A stretch of 64,000 nt of DNA from Alkalispirochaeta sp. (GTDB lineage Bacteria; Spirochaetota; Spirochaetia; DSM-27196; Alkalispirochaetaceae), in NCBI GenBank assembly GCA_965601925.1, contig OZ271854.1, forward strand, positions 3,360,001-3,424,000. The letters run 5' to 3'. The position numbers were made by a program, and so were the translations under genes. Positions 1-10,233 of this stretch are shown here, piece by piece (the stretch's first letter is position 1; every line of letters starts with the position of its first letter). Below the pieces are notes generated by a model. It did not search any database, was not told the origin of the DNA, and worked only from the letters and a program-made list of their open reading frames with translations.

Positions 1-4
1 CGTC

Positions 5-2020
5 GTGGTGATGATGCTCATCATCCCCCTTCCGACGGTGCTTCTCGATACCTTGATGGTGACCAATCTTCTATTGAGCCTACTCATCATCTTGATCGTG
101 CTGTACACCAAAAATGCCCTCGAGTTCTCGGTCTTCCCGACGCTGTTGCTGGTGAGTACCGTATTCGGGCTGGCTCTCAACGTCTCATCGACGAGATTGA
201 TCCTCAGCCAGGGAGCCGCCTTCGGGGGACAAATCGTGCGCGCCTTTGCGCGCTTCGTCGTCGGATCGGAGGGCAGTGAAGGGCTCGTCATCGGATTGAT
301 CATCTTCGTAATTCTCGTGGCGGTGCAGTTCATCGTCATAACCAAGGGCGCAACCCGGGTTGCCGAGGTCGCTGCGCGCTTCACCCTCGACTCGCTTCCC
401 GGTAAACAGATGGCGATCGAGGCCGAATACAACAGCGGGTCGCTCACCGAAGAGGAGATGACGCGCAAGAAGACGGAGCTCGAACGGGAGGTCGATTTCT
501 ACGGCGCGATGGACGGTGCCAGCAAGTTCGTATCGGGAAACGTCAAGGTCGGTATTCTCATCACCGTCGTGAACATCGTCGGCGGGCTGATCGTCGGAAC
601 GACGATCCACGGAGAGCCGATAAACGCTGCGTTGGCCACCTACGTCTCTCTCACCATCGGCGACGGGCTCGTATCGCAGTTTCCGGCGCTCCTCATCAGT
701 ACCGCGACCGGTCTTATCGTTACGCGCGCCATCTCCGACGGGACGTTCGGCGACGACATCACGAGCCAGTTCTCGCAGCAGTCGCGCGTGTACTGGATCG
801 TCACGTTCTTTCTGATTATTCTGGCGATCCTGCCCGGTTTCCCGTGGTATGTATTGATTCCCATGGCGGGGCTCACCGCTTTTGCGGCCTTTCGCCTGCA
901 GCGGCGCGACCAGAGAGTGGCCGCCGAGGAGGCGGCCGCGGCTCCCAAGGCGCCGGCGCAGAGCCAGGTCGAGCCGACTCACGTCGCACCCCTCGATCCC
1001 TTGTCCATGGAACTCGGTTACGGCCTTATTCCTCTGGTGGATAAGGAGAAGGGTGCGGAGCTTTTGGATCGGATCACGAGTATTCGTCGGGAGACCGCCC
1101 TTGAGTTGGGGCTGGTCGTACCGCGGATTCGCATTATCGACAACATGCGTCTTGGACCGAGCGAGTATAGCCTCAAGATACGTGGTGTGGAGGTCGGCCG
1201 CGGTTCCATAAAAATGGGGCGGTATCTCAGTATCAATCCCGGCGGGGTTCGCGAGGAGATAGCGGGCGAGGCGACGACCGATCCGGCATTCGGACTTCCC
1301 GCGACGTGGATCACCGAGGACGACAGGGAGCGCGCCGAGCGCGCCGGCTACACGGTCGTTGATCCGCCGTCCATCGCGGCCACGCACCTTACCGAGGTCA
1401 TCAAGCACAACGCTTCGGACTTGCTGGGGCGTCAGGAGGTCCGTCAAATGCTCGATCAGCTCAAACAGGACTATCCGGCGGTCGTGGATGAGGTCAATAA
1501 TGCCCTCGGTCTGGGACAGGTCCAGAAGGTGTTCCAAGGGTTGTTGATCGAACAGGTCTCGATTCGCAACCAAGTCGTCATCCTGGAGGCGTTGGCCGAT
1601 TTCGCGGCGGTGAGCAAAGATACCGGATTTCTGGTGGAAAAGGCGCGGCAGGCCTTGGGACGCCAGATATGTCTACAGTACTCCGATGACGAGCGGACGC
1701 TTCACGTAGCGACGGTCGCACCGCCGTTGGAGAACGAGATCGTGGAGAGTCGCGTCGAGACCGCCGCCGGCGCTATCGCGGCCCTCCCGCCGCCGCGCCA
1801 TCGTCGTTGGATCGAAGGGGTCTCGGCCGCGGTACACCGGATGCAGGAGCAGGGGTTTCTGCCGGTCATCCTCGTCTCCGAAGCCGCGCGGCCACTGGTT
1901 AAACAGAGCACGCGGCGCGAGATACCCGATGTGGCCGTCTTGTCCATCCCGGAGATCGCCGCCGACATTCGGGTCGAGTCGGTGGGTGAGATCGCAATAG
2001 AGGAAAGTGGGGGCACGTGA
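5..2020 (+). CDS. flhA: Flagellar export apparatus protein FlhA (5' end probably just upstream of the window)
   Basis: N-terminal TM helices; FHIPEP motifs RVAEVAARFTLDSLPGKQMAI and FYGAMDGASKFV; followed by flhF/flhG. Confidence 0.97.
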   Translation: MVMMLIIPLPTVLLDTLMVTNLLLSLLIILIVLYTKNALEFSVFPTLLLVSTVFGLALNVSSTRLILSQGAAFGGQIVRAFARFVVGSEGSEGLVIGLIIFVILVAVQFIVITKGATRVAEVAARFTLDSLPGKQMAIEAEYNSGSLTEEEMTRKKTELEREVDFYGAMDGASKFVSGNVKVGILITVVNIVGGLIVGTTIHGEPINAALATYVSLTIGDGLVSQFPALLISTATGLIVTRAISDGTFGDDITSQFSQQSRVYWIVTFFLIILAILPGFPWYVLIPMAGLTAFAAFRLQRRDQRVAAEEAAAAPKAPAQSQVEPTHVAPLDPLSMELGYGLIPLVDKEKGAELLDRITSIRRETALELGLVVPRIRIIDNMRLGPSEYSLKIRGVEVGRGSIKMGRYLSINPGGVREEIAGEATTDPAFGLPATWITEDDRERAERAGYTVVDPPSIAATHLTEVIKHNASDLLGRQEVRQMLDQLKQDYPAVVDEVNNALGLGQVQKVFQGLLIEQVSIRNQVVILEALADFAAVSKDTGFLVEKARQALGRQICLQYSDDERTLHVATVAPPLENEIVESRVETAAGAIAALPPPRHRRWIEGVSAAVHRMQEQGFLPVILVSEAARPLVKQSTRREIPDVAVLSIPEIAADIRVESVGEIAIEESGGT

Positions 2021-3255
2021 TGGATTATTTTGTCGAGCAGGCTGCAACGGATCAGGAGGTCCAGGCGATCATCCGGAGGAAGTACGGCGATCGCGCGCGT
2101 ATTCTTGCTCGAAAAGAGATACACACCGGCGGTATTCTCGGACTGTTTCGAAAGCGGGCGGTAGAGGTCACCGGTTACTGCAGCCACGCACCCCAAACCC
2201 GCGTGCCGGGACGGGGATCGATGGTGGAGGAGCGCCGCAAAATACTCGAAACGGTACGTCAAGGCGCACCCGCTTCACGCGCTCCCTCGAGCCGCGAGGC
2301 CGCGCCGGTCGTCGCCGCCGAACCGCGGGCGGACAAGGTCGAGAGCGGCATCGGCCTCGATGTGGTGCTCTCGGAGCTGCGCTCCCTCAAGGAGCATATG
2401 GGGCACGGCGGCCCGGGGGCGTCACCCGGCGACCACGAGACGATCGTTCGGATTCGGGATATTCTGGAGGAGAACGACTTTTCCCCCGCATATATTCGCG
2501 ATGTGATAGACCGATTACGGAGCGAATGCTCGGTGGAGGATCTTGAAAACGCCGCGGAGATCGACGAGCGCGTCGTACGGTGGATCGCCGCTTCGATTCA
2601 CGTCTATCCGTGGCAGGAGAGAGCGCGACGTCCCCACGTCTTTGTACTCGTCGGACCGACCGGCGTCGGCAAGACGACGACGATTGCGAAGCTCTCGGCG
2701 ATGTACGGCGCGGTCGCGGACCCCTCCTACGACGTGCGTATTCTCACCATCGACAGCTACCGAATCGGTGCACTGCAGCAGATCGAGAAGTACGGTGAAA
2801 TCATGAACATTCCGGTCCACGCCGTGGAGACGGCCACCGAGATGCGTAAGCTCCTCGATCTTAATCGGGAGGCCGACTTTGTCTTCGTGGACACGATCGG
2901 TAAGAGTCCCAACGATCTCACGAAGCTGGCGGAGGTAAACCAACTCATACGGAGCGCCGGAGGAGAGGTGCACTTGGCGGTCAGTGCTACAACCAAGCGG
3001 GGCGATATCGGAGAGATTCTGCGCCAGTTCGAGCCGTTCAACTATCAAGCGGTGGTCGTCACCAAGCTCGACGAGACCGCCACGGTGGGCGGGATTATCA
3101 GCGCCCTCCACGAAAAACAAAAGTCCGTGAGTTTTATTACCGATGGTCAAAGCGTGCCACAGGATATTGAACGTGCCCGGGTCGAAACGCTTATTACCCG
3201 TTTGCGCGATCTCCCCGTTCACCGGTGGGAGAGAGAAGCGAGCACGAAGGAGTAA
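2017..3255 (+). CDS. flhF: Flagellar SRP-family GTPase FlhF
   Basis: GPTGVGKTTT P-loop, DSYRIGA, DTIG, TKLDET, GQSVPQDI; 4-bp overlap with flhA. Confidence 0.95.
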   Translation: MMDYFVEQAATDQEVQAIIRRKYGDRARILARKEIHTGGILGLFRKRAVEVTGYCSHAPQTRVPGRGSMVEERRKILETVRQGAPASRAPSSREAAPVVAAEPRADKVESGIGLDVVLSELRSLKEHMGHGGPGASPGDHETIVRIRDILEENDFSPAYIRDVIDRLRSECSVEDLENAAEIDERVVRWIAASIHVYPWQERARRPHVFVLVGPTGVGKTTTIAKLSAMYGAVADPSYDVRILTIDSYRIGALQQIEKYGEIMNIPVHAVETATEMRKLLDLNREADFVFVDTIGKSPNDLTKLAEVNQLIRSAGGEVHLAVSATTKRGDIGEILRQFEPFNYQAVVVTKLDETATVGGIISALHEKQKSVSFITDGQSVPQDIERARVETLITRLRDLPVHRWEREASTKE

Positions 3256-3258
3256 TTC

Positions 3259-4128
3259 ATGACGGATCAGGCAGAAACTCTCCGTGAGATCATGCGACAA
3301 CGGGGACGCGAGTCCGACGACGCGAGAAAGACCCGAATCATAACGATTGCCAGCGGCAAGGGCGGTGTCGGCAAGACGAACATCGCAACCAACCTGTCTT
3401 TAGCCTACGCCGCGATGGGACAAAAGGTCGTTCTGATGGATGCCGACCTCGGGCTTGCGAACGTCAACGTCGTCTTGGGTATCATACCCAAGTACAACCT
3501 GTATCACGTCATTCGGAAGCAGAAGCAAATGCGCGATATTCTCATGGACACCGACTACGGCATCCAGATCGTAGCCGGCGCCTCGGGATTTGCCAAGATA
3601 GCCAATCTCACCGAGGATGAACGGCAGAGTTTCATTGAGGAGCTTCAGCAGCTTTCGCACGCCGACGTCATCATCATCGACGCCGGTGCGGGTGTCGGGA
3701 ACAACGTACTCGCCTTCGTCGCCGCCGCCGACGAGGCGATCATCGTCACGACGCCGGAGCCGACGGCGATCACCGACGCGTACGGAATCATCAAGATCAT
3801 CGCGACGGAGGTCGACAACCTCAACCTCGGCCTCAAGCTCGTGGTCAATCGCGTAAAGTCGGTGACCGAGGGCAAGAAGGTGGCCGAGCGTGTGATCAAT
3901 ATCGCCGGACAGTTTCTCAATCTCAAGATCGACTATCTCGGATACGTATATGACGATCAGTCCGTACAGCAGGCGATCATCAAACAGAAGCCGTTCCTGC
4001 TGATGGACCCGCGGAGCAAGGCGAGCACGTGCGTGCAACAGATCGCCGGACGCCTGGAAAGGGTCGAGTATCGAGAAGGAGGGGGAGTTGGACAATTTCT
4101 TAAGCGCCTGTTCGGCCGATTACAGTAA
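3259..4128 (+). CDS. flhG: MinD/ParA-family flagellar ATPase FlhG (FleN/YlxH)
   Basis: MTDQAETLR N-terminus, SGKGGVGKT, DADLGLAN, TTPEPTAITDAY. Confidence 0.95.
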   Translation: MTDQAETLREIMRQRGRESDDARKTRIITIASGKGGVGKTNIATNLSLAYAAMGQKVVLMDADLGLANVNVVLGIIPKYNLYHVIRKQKQMRDILMDTDYGIQIVAGASGFAKIANLTEDERQSFIEELQQLSHADVIIIDAGAGVGNNVLAFVAAADEAIIVTTPEPTAITDAYGIIKIIATEVDNLNLGLKLVVNRVKSVTEGKKVAERVINIAGQFLNLKIDYLGYVYDDQSVQQAIIKQKPFLLMDPRSKASTCVQQIAGRLERVEYREGGGVGQFLKRLFGRLQ

Positions 4129-4129
4129 C

Positions 4130-4159
4130 TTGACGGTAATTTTGTATATACCTTACTCT
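4130..4159 (+). promoter_or_regulatory. Putative internal sigma70 promoter upstream of the flgV-like/fliA genes
   Basis: TTGACG (4130-4135)-N18-TACTCT (4154-4159) in an AT-rich gap. Confidence 0.45.
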
Positions 4160-4171
4160 GTAATTTGTTAG

Positions 4172-4894
4172 ATGGAACGATATGTGAAGATCGCCGTCCC
4201 TGCGGGTGTCGGCGCGCTCGTACTTTCTGTACTGGTCGGACTGATCGCCGGAGTATCGTTCGGTACCGTCGTGGTACGCGCCGTTGCATGGGCCGCTCTG
4301 TTTGCCGGTGCCGCGGTCGGGCTTGCGGCTCTCGTCGAACGTTTTATCCCGGAACTCGTGGACGGTGACGCGTCGCCGGGATCGGAGGCCGCATCGCGCT
4401 CCTCCGCAGGAGCGCGCGTCAATATCGTCGTGGAAGACGATGACACGGACGCGGGTGTCGAACGAGAGCCCGCGGCGACCGGAGCCCGCGCCACGGTTCT
4501 GCCGGTCGGAGACGACGAGAGCGACGCCGAACGGCAGGCGGGACCCGCGTCGGCGGAGTTGGTCGACGCGGTTGCAGAGCAGCTCGCCGACGACGAAGAG
4601 GCGGTGATGAGCCAGGCGATCGAAGAGGAGAGGAACGGCGCAGCGGTCGAAGTAGACGACGGCGCGATCGACGAGATGCCCGATATCGGCGCCTTTGCCG
4701 GTTCGTTCGTTTCTTCGGATTACGAACAGACCGAAGGATCGCCGGACGGGGAGATGGATGATTCCGTCTCGCTACCGGACCCCACACGAACCGACGGTTC
4801 GCGGTCAGGGGGGAGCGGCGAGGTAAATGCCGGCAATGATCCGGCTACGATCGCGCGCGCATTGCAGACGATGTTAAAACGTGACGGCGGTTAG
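4172..4894 (+). CDS. flgV: FlgV-like flagellar membrane protein (2 TM, acidic disordered region, C-terminal helix)
   Basis: Two N-terminal hydrophobic helices, long D/E-rich linker, C-terminal DPATIARALQTMLKRD; position between flhG and fliA. Name rests on architecture and synteny. Confidence 0.6.
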   Translation: MERYVKIAVPAGVGALVLSVLVGLIAGVSFGTVVVRAVAWAALFAGAAVGLAALVERFIPELVDGDASPGSEAASRSSAGARVNIVVEDDDTDAGVEREPAATGARATVLPVGDDESDAERQAGPASAELVDAVAEQLADDEEAVMSQAIEEERNGAAVEVDDGAIDEMPDIGAFAGSFVSSDYEQTEGSPDGEMDDSVSLPDPTRTDGSRSGGSGEVNAGNDPATIARALQTMLKRDGG

Positions 4895-4921
4895 GCCGTT
4901 CGCAGAGCACTGGGGAGGGGA

Positions 4922-5710
4922 ATGAGCGACCGCGTTCTGACCGAGAAGACAGAAGAAGAACTCTGGAGGGCTTACCGCAAGACCGGTGACGACGCCATCC
5001 GGAATCGTCTCGTGAAACAGTACCTTCCACTCGTGAAGTACGTCGCCGGCAAACTCGCCGTCGGCATGCCTCAGAATGTGGAGTTCGACGATTTGGTGAG
5101 CTACGGTGTTATCGGTCTGTTCGACGCGATCGACAAGTTCGATCCCGACAAGCACGTCAAGTTCAAGACCTACGCGGTGACGCGCGTGCGCGGTTCGATC
5201 TTTGACCAGTTACGGCAGCTCGACTGGGTTCCGCGATCGATCAGGCAGAAGACGCGTGAGTTGGAAGACGCGGTTCGGCGTCTGGAGGCGCAACTCGGCC
5301 GATCGGCGACCGACCGCGAGATCGCTCGCGAGCTGGGTATCTCGGAGCGCGATTTCGAGAAACTCATACTCAAGATAAGCGGTACGACGGTGCTCTCCCT
5401 CAACGATGTGTGGTACCCGGGGGACGACAACGACCGGATGTCCATCGGCGACAGCATCGAAAGTCCTCAAAATCGAAACCCCGACGCCATTGTAGAAAAG
5501 CAGGAGATTAAGCGCGTCATCGTTGAGGCGATCAACGATCTTCCCGATAAAGAAAAGAAGGTCCTCGTACTGTACTATTACGAAGATCTTACCTTGAAAG
5601 AGATCGGCGCCGTCCTGGGAGTGACCGAGTCCAGGATTTCTCAGCTACACACCAAGGCGATTATGCGACTCCGTGGACGGCTGACCAGTGTGAAGCGAGG
5701 TATCATGTAA
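4922..5710 (+). CDS. fliA: Flagellar sigma factor sigma28 (FliA/WhiG)
   Basis: [61 protein letters not shown]. Confidence 0.96.
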   Translation: MSDRVLTEKTEEELWRAYRKTGDDAIRNRLVKQYLPLVKYVAGKLAVGMPQNVEFDDLVSYGVIGLFDAIDKFDPDKHVKFKTYAVTRVRGSIFDQLRQLDWVPRSIRQKTRELEDAVRRLEAQLGRSATDREIARELGISERDFEKLILKISGTTVLSLNDVWYPGDDNDRMSIGDSIESPQNRNPDAIVEKQEIKRVIVEAINDLPDKEKKVLVLYYYEDLTLKEIGAVLGVTESRISQLHTKAIMRLRGRLTSVKRGIM

Positions 5711-5712
5711 CC

Positions 5713-7683
5713 ATGGTAACGATGGAGCAACTCCAGGCGTTCATGCGCAAAGCGGCTCAGGACGACAACACGAAGAAGTATGTCAACGTGAGCGGCGATA
5801 GTCTGGAAGATGCGCTCCGCGAGGCGGCCGTCGAACTCGGACTTCCCATAAAGAAGATCGAATATGAGATCTTGGAACGCGGCTCGTCGGGGATGCTCGG
5901 CATGGGGAAGCGGCCGTTTCTCCTGGTCGCCTATCCCGCACAGGTACAAGCCCAGGGAATCGTCGGCGACGACTCTTTTGATATGGATTTCGGTTTCGAT
6001 TCCGAGGACACCGCCGACGCCAACGGACAAGCCTTTGTCCGTCTCACTCCCGAAGGAATCCTGCTCAAAGTGACGCCGCCGGAGGGCGACGGGGAGCGTG
6101 TGACCGAGCGTCAGGCGATGCACGTCATCACACATCGCACCAGAGACAAGGTAGACACCTCGCTGATCGCCAAGGTCGTGAAGCGCGCCGACGCCGAGTG
6201 GGTACGGATCGGTGAGTTCATGTACAACCCTGCCAACGACGCATACGTCTCCTGCGACATCGTCGAGGCCGAAATGAAGGCGATCGTGACGTTGACCGCC
6301 CCCGGAACGGGCGGCGCCGATCCGTCGGTGGATGCGATACGCGGCGTACTGGAGGCGAGCGGCATCGTTCACGGCATCAAGGAAGATGCTCTGTCGGCGT
6401 TGGAGGACAATCCGATCTATCGCGAGCCGTTGGTTGTGGCGGAAGGTACGAAACCGCGTCACGGCGCCGATGCCCGCATGGTGTTCAACTTCAAGACCGA
6501 CTCGCGGGAGATTCACCTCCAGCAGACCAAGGACGGAAAGGTCGACTTCAAGGAACTGAACAGAATCGAGAACGTCGTCGCGGGACAGGTACTCGCTCGC
6601 AAGGTTCAACCGGAGGCCGGGGAGCCGGGCGAGACGGTAACGGGACGCATGATTCCTGCAAAAGACGGCAAAGACATACCCCCGCCCTTGGGAGACAACA
6701 CGCGACTGTCGGACGACGGGCGCAGTATTCTGGCCGAGATTAACGGTCTGGTGAAGCTCGTAAACGGCAAGGTAACCGTCGAGCCGATTTATCTGGTGGA
6801 CGGCGACGTCAACATAAAAGAGGGCAACATCCACTTTCTTGGTACCGTCATCGTCAAGGGCAGTGTCGATGACGGTTTCAGCGTGAGCGCCGCCGGCGAC
6901 ATCGAGGTCATGGGGAGTGTCGGCAGAGGCGTGCTGGAGGCCGAAGGCGACATCATCGTACACCAAGGTATCGCGGGTAAGGGCGACGGTACGGTGACCG
7001 CCGGCGGGTCGATTTGGTCCAAGTTCATCGAAAACGGTAACGCCCAGGCCGGCGAGATGGTCGTCGTCTCCGACGGTATCATCAACAGTTCCGTCTTTGC
7101 CGACAAGCGCATCATTTGCCGAGGCCGTAGAGCGTCGATCGTAGGGGGACACATTCGAGCCGCTGAAGAGGTCGACGCGAAGACGCTCGGATCGGTCGCC
7201 GGTATGGAGACGATCGTTGAGGTGGGATACGATCCCAAGAGCCGGGAGCGATTGCTCGAACTCGAGGCGTCGGACGGCGAGCTGGCCAAAAACCTGGAAG
7301 AGCTCTCGCTCAATATGTCGACGATCGAAAACATGCGCAAGAATAAGCGCAAGATCAGCCCGGAGAAGATCAAGCACTACGCCGTTATGAAGATGCAGCG
7401 CGAGAAGGTGCTCAAGAGTCGCCAGAAGATCGGACGGGATATCAAGGCGATCCAGGATTATCTCGACGAGTTGAAGACCCACGGGAGGATCAGCGTTTCC
7501 GGTACCGTCTATCCCGGTGTCAAAGTGGCGATCAAGGACGCCCAGTTGCCGGTGCGTCACGAGGCCAGGGCGGTGACCTACGTCGCCGAGGCGGGTATGG
7601 TAAAAGTCACTCGTTACGAGGAGAGCCAGGCGGATATTTCGATTCGCAAGAAGGGGGGCAGGGATGTCGATACAGCCGATTGA
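5713..7683 (+). CDS. fapA: FapA/DUF342 family protein with N-terminal Jag_N-like domain
   Basis: N-terminal EILERGSSGMLGMGKRP; GKVDFKEL; GNIHFLGTVIVKGSV beta-helix repeats; C-terminal coiled coil and GTVYPGVKVAI. Confidence 0.85.
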   Translation: MVTMEQLQAFMRKAAQDDNTKKYVNVSGDSLEDALREAAVELGLPIKKIEYEILERGSSGMLGMGKRPFLLVAYPAQVQAQGIVGDDSFDMDFGFDSEDTADANGQAFVRLTPEGILLKVTPPEGDGERVTERQAMHVITHRTRDKVDTSLIAKVVKRADAEWVRIGEFMYNPANDAYVSCDIVEAEMKAIVTLTAPGTGGADPSVDAIRGVLEASGIVHGIKEDALSALEDNPIYREPLVVAEGTKPRHGADARMVFNFKTDSREIHLQQTKDGKVDFKELNRIENVVAGQVLARKVQPEAGEPGETVTGRMIPAKDGKDIPPPLGDNTRLSDDGRSILAEINGLVKLVNGKVTVEPIYLVDGDVNIKEGNIHFLGTVIVKGSVDDGFSVSAAGDIEVMGSVGRGVLEAEGDIIVHQGIAGKGDGTVTAGGSIWSKFIENGNAQAGEMVVVSDGIINSSVFADKRIICRGRRASIVGGHIRAAEEVDAKTLGSVAGMETIVEVGYDPKSRERLLELEASDGELAKNLEELSLNMSTIENMRKNKRKISPEKIKHYAVMKMQREKVLKSRQKIGRDIKAIQDYLDELKTHGRISVSGTVYPGVKVAIKDAQLPVRHEARAVTYVAEAGMVKVTRYEESQADISIRKKGGRDVDTAD

Positions 7684-7987
7684 TCTGCAAACTCTCTTTG
7701 TCCGGTTGAGTCAAGTCGGGCGCGAGCAAGCGGCGATCAAACAGTCGGTTGCACAGAACCAACTCGTTACGGGAAATGAAATTGCAGAGCGGTCCCAAGA
7801 GGTGGGCCACACGGTGGAGGAGACCAAAGAGGTTTCCGAAGGACCGGAAACGGTGCACGAGGACGGATCGCCGAACGAACAACCTCACGGTGAGCAGCAC
7901 CGTGAGTCGGATTCGAAGCCGGAGGAGCATGCCGATGAAGCCTTTCGCGATCCGGATCTGGGACAGAATATCGATCTCACGGGATAG
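7664..7987 (+). CDS. Conserved flagellar-operon hypothetical protein
   Basis: MSIQPIDLQ...DPDLGQNIDL ends typical of small proteins following fapA; overlaps fapA. Confidence 0.75.
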   Translation: MSIQPIDLQTLFVRLSQVGREQAAIKQSVAQNQLVTGNEIAERSQEVGHTVEETKEVSEGPETVHEDGSPNEQPHGEQHRESDSKPEEHADEAFRDPDLGQNIDLTG

Positions 7988-7990
7988 GGC

Positions 7991-8572
7991 ATGACGTTCG
8001 GCCTGTATCTCCTTCTCAACCTCGCTCTATTGAGTATCCTCGTCGTATGGTTGAGACGGCTCGTGGTACGTCGCCTCGCTCCTGAGCGCATCCTGCAGGA
8101 TTTGTACGGTGAAATTCAAACCCTCGTCGCCGAGGTCAATCAGACGAGCGACCACAACGTATCCATCATAGAGGACCGGATCTCGTCGCTCCGTGAGCTG
8201 GTGCATAACGCGGATCGGCAAATTGAAGAGTTGGAGGGGCTTCTGCAACGAGTCACCGAAACGGTACCGGAGGAGGTCTATTCTCTTCCGTTGCCGACGA
8301 CGCGGCACGAGGAATCAGCGTCGACCGACGATTCCGGAAGGTCTGCCGATGAGACGCTATCCGCCGTAGGGGGCGGCGTGGGGGCGATGGACGACCAGCG
8401 GCGGAACGCTTCCGACGATCCACCCAGCGCAGCGGAGAAGGACCGCCGAACGAGAGTGGCGGAGCTCTACGAGCAGGGACTTTCCACCGAGCTGATCTCG
8501 TCCCACACCGGCGTCGCGATCGGTGAGGTCGAGTTGATTATCTCTCTGATACAAGGGCGGGCGCGACGATGA
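7991..8572 (+). CDS. Membrane-anchored coiled-coil protein with C-terminal HTH-like domain (SwrB/DUF6115-like)
   Basis: N-terminal TM, coiled coil, C-terminal LYEQGLSTELISSHTGVAIGEVELII. Confidence 0.65.
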   Translation: MTFGLYLLLNLALLSILVVWLRRLVVRRLAPERILQDLYGEIQTLVAEVNQTSDHNVSIIEDRISSLRELVHNADRQIEELEGLLQRVTETVPEEVYSLPLPTTRHEESASTDDSGRSADETLSAVGGGVGAMDDQRRNASDDPPSAAEKDRRTRVAELYEQGLSTELISSHTGVAIGEVELIISLIQGRARR

Positions 8573-10233
8573 CGGTCGGCATCGATCTGGGAACGACCAA
8601 TTCGTTGATCGCCTTTCTCGATGGGGATTCCCCGCGGTTGATACCGAACCGGCGCGGCAAGACAATTACACCGTCGGTCATCGGAGTTGATGCCGCGGGC
8701 GGGCTCTTGGTGGGTGAGGCGGCTCGCAATCAAGCCGTCGGTGCCGTCGATAGTACCGCGTATCACGTGAAGCGGCTGATGGGACGGCGAACCACCGTCG
8801 CACTGGGTGGTATCGGTCGGAGCCCTGAGGAGCTCAGCGCCGCCATACTGCGAGACTTACGCGCCCAGGCGTGCGCCTTTCTCGCCGGCGATCAGCACGA
8901 GGCGGTCGTTACCGTTCCGGCGCATTTCGACGAGCGGCAGCGCCTATCGACGACCGAGGCGGCATTTCTTGCCGGGTTTGACGCCGTGAGTCTCCTTAAC
9001 GAGCCCACGGCGGCCGCCTTGCCGTACGCCGCCCGCGACCGCAACCATGAACGGCTGGTCGTCTTCGACTTCGGAGGCGGTACCCTCGATGTGACCTGTC
9101 TGGAGCGCACGGGGCGTGAGTTTACCGTACGCTCGACCACCGGCGACGGTGAGCTCGGCGGCACTGATATCGATCATATCATCTGCGAGCGTCTCGCGGT
9201 TGAGTTTCGCGATCGCACGGGGAACGATCCGATGAACGATCCCCGACTACGCTACGTGATGTTCCAACTTGCCGAGCGGGCAAAGATCGATCTGTCGGAA
9301 ATGGAGGAGACGACCGTGAGCATGCCGTTCATCGGCGGCGGTCGGCAGGCGGTGCACCTGAACGTGAGGGTGACACGCGACGAGCTCGATGAGGCGATCG
9401 GCCCCTTGGTTGCGCGCGCTCGCGCCGTCGTCGAGGACGCGCTGGAGTCGGCGGGCTATCGCCGCGGCGGGTTCGACCGGTTGATCCTATCGGGCGGCAG
9501 CAGCCGGCTACCGGTGATACGAACGATGCTCCGTTCACACTACGACGCCCCTATCGCCGATCGGATAAACCCCGAAGAGGTCGTAGCCGTCGGCGCGGTC
9601 ATGTACGGCGAGAGCCGGAGGAGCGGCGCGTTTGCACTTCGTGAGGCGCTGTCGAGTACCCTCTCGGTCGAACTTGCCGACGGGAGCTGCGTGCCGATTC
9701 TTCGTAAGAATCAGACCGTTCCGACGCAGCAGACGCGTATCTTTACTACCGTCGCCGAGGATCAACAGGAGGCGGAAGTCCACCTCCTACAAGGCGATCA
9801 TCTCGACGCCAGCAGCAACCAGACACTCGGACGGTTCGTCCTCCGTGACATACAACGCGCTCCGCAAGGGGCCGCGCGTATTGTGGTGACCGTGTCGGTG
9901 AATGAGGAGGGACTCGTCAGTGTGCGTGCCGGTGACCGCGATACCGGTGCGTCTCGCGAGCTCGTCACACGCGCGTTACCTAAGGCCGAACGGCGGGAGG
10001 TCGAGGGAGATCGCAGGTATTATGCCGAGTCGGTCTTGCGCAGAGCCGAAGGGTTGTGTCGAATCGCGACCGAGGCCCTCCGTAAAGAGGTGGAGCAGAT
10101 TCTGTCCTCCGTGCGCTCGCGCGACGACTCCGGTCTTCCCGAGGACACGGTGGTCGTACTGGAGACGCTTATTCAGGAAATCGTCACCTCTCGGACGACC
10201 GTACCGGAAAGGAGCCATCGTGCAGCGTCGTGA
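8569..10233 (+). CDS. Atypical Hsp70 (DnaK-like paralogue)
   Basis: GIDLGTTNS, TVPAHF, NEPTAAAL, DFGGGTLD, LSGGSSRLP, substrate-binding beta domain; divergent linker and short lid; ATGA overlap with upstream gene. Confidence 0.92.
   Translation: MTVGIDLGTTNSLIAFLDGDSPRLIPNRRGKTITPSVIGVDAAGGLLVGEAARNQAVGAVDSTAYHVKRLMGRRTTVALGGIGRSPEELSAAILRDLRAQACAFLAGDQHEAVVTVPAHFDERQRLSTTEAAFLAGFDAVSLLNEPTAAALPYAARDRNHERLVVFDFGGGTLDVTCLERTGREFTVRSTTGDGELGGTDIDHIICERLAVEFRDRTGNDPMNDPRLRYVMFQLAERAKIDLSEMEETTVSMPFIGGGRQAVHLNVRVTRDELDEAIGPLVARARAVVEDALESAGYRRGGFDRLILSGGSSRLPVIRTMLRSHYDAPIADRINPEEVVAVGAVMYGESRRSGAFALREALSSTLSVELADGSCVPILRKNQTVPTQQTRIFTTVAEDQQEAEVHLLQGDHLDASSNQTLGRFVLRDIQRAPQGAARIVVTVSVNEEGLVSVRAGDRDTGASRELVTRALPKAERREVEGDRRYYAESVLRRAEGLCRIATEALRKEVEQILSSVRSRDDSGLPEDTVVVLETLIQEIVTSRTTVPERSHRAAS

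Noticed and set aside
185..1573. 462-aa antisense ORF (also 5641-7560, 19895-21022 and many similar)
   Set aside because: Shadow frames of well-supported genes in GC-rich DNA; no recognisable motifs
9902..10219. N-terminal extension of the J-domain ORF (and 10651-10857 of the CheA-like ORF)
   Set aside because: Overlaps the upstream genes; RBS-supported GTG starts lie at 10220 and 10858
8569..10233. Housekeeping dnaK
   Set aside because: Short, divergent linker and lid, no grpE or hrcA, embedded in the flagellar operon; gene symbol withheld
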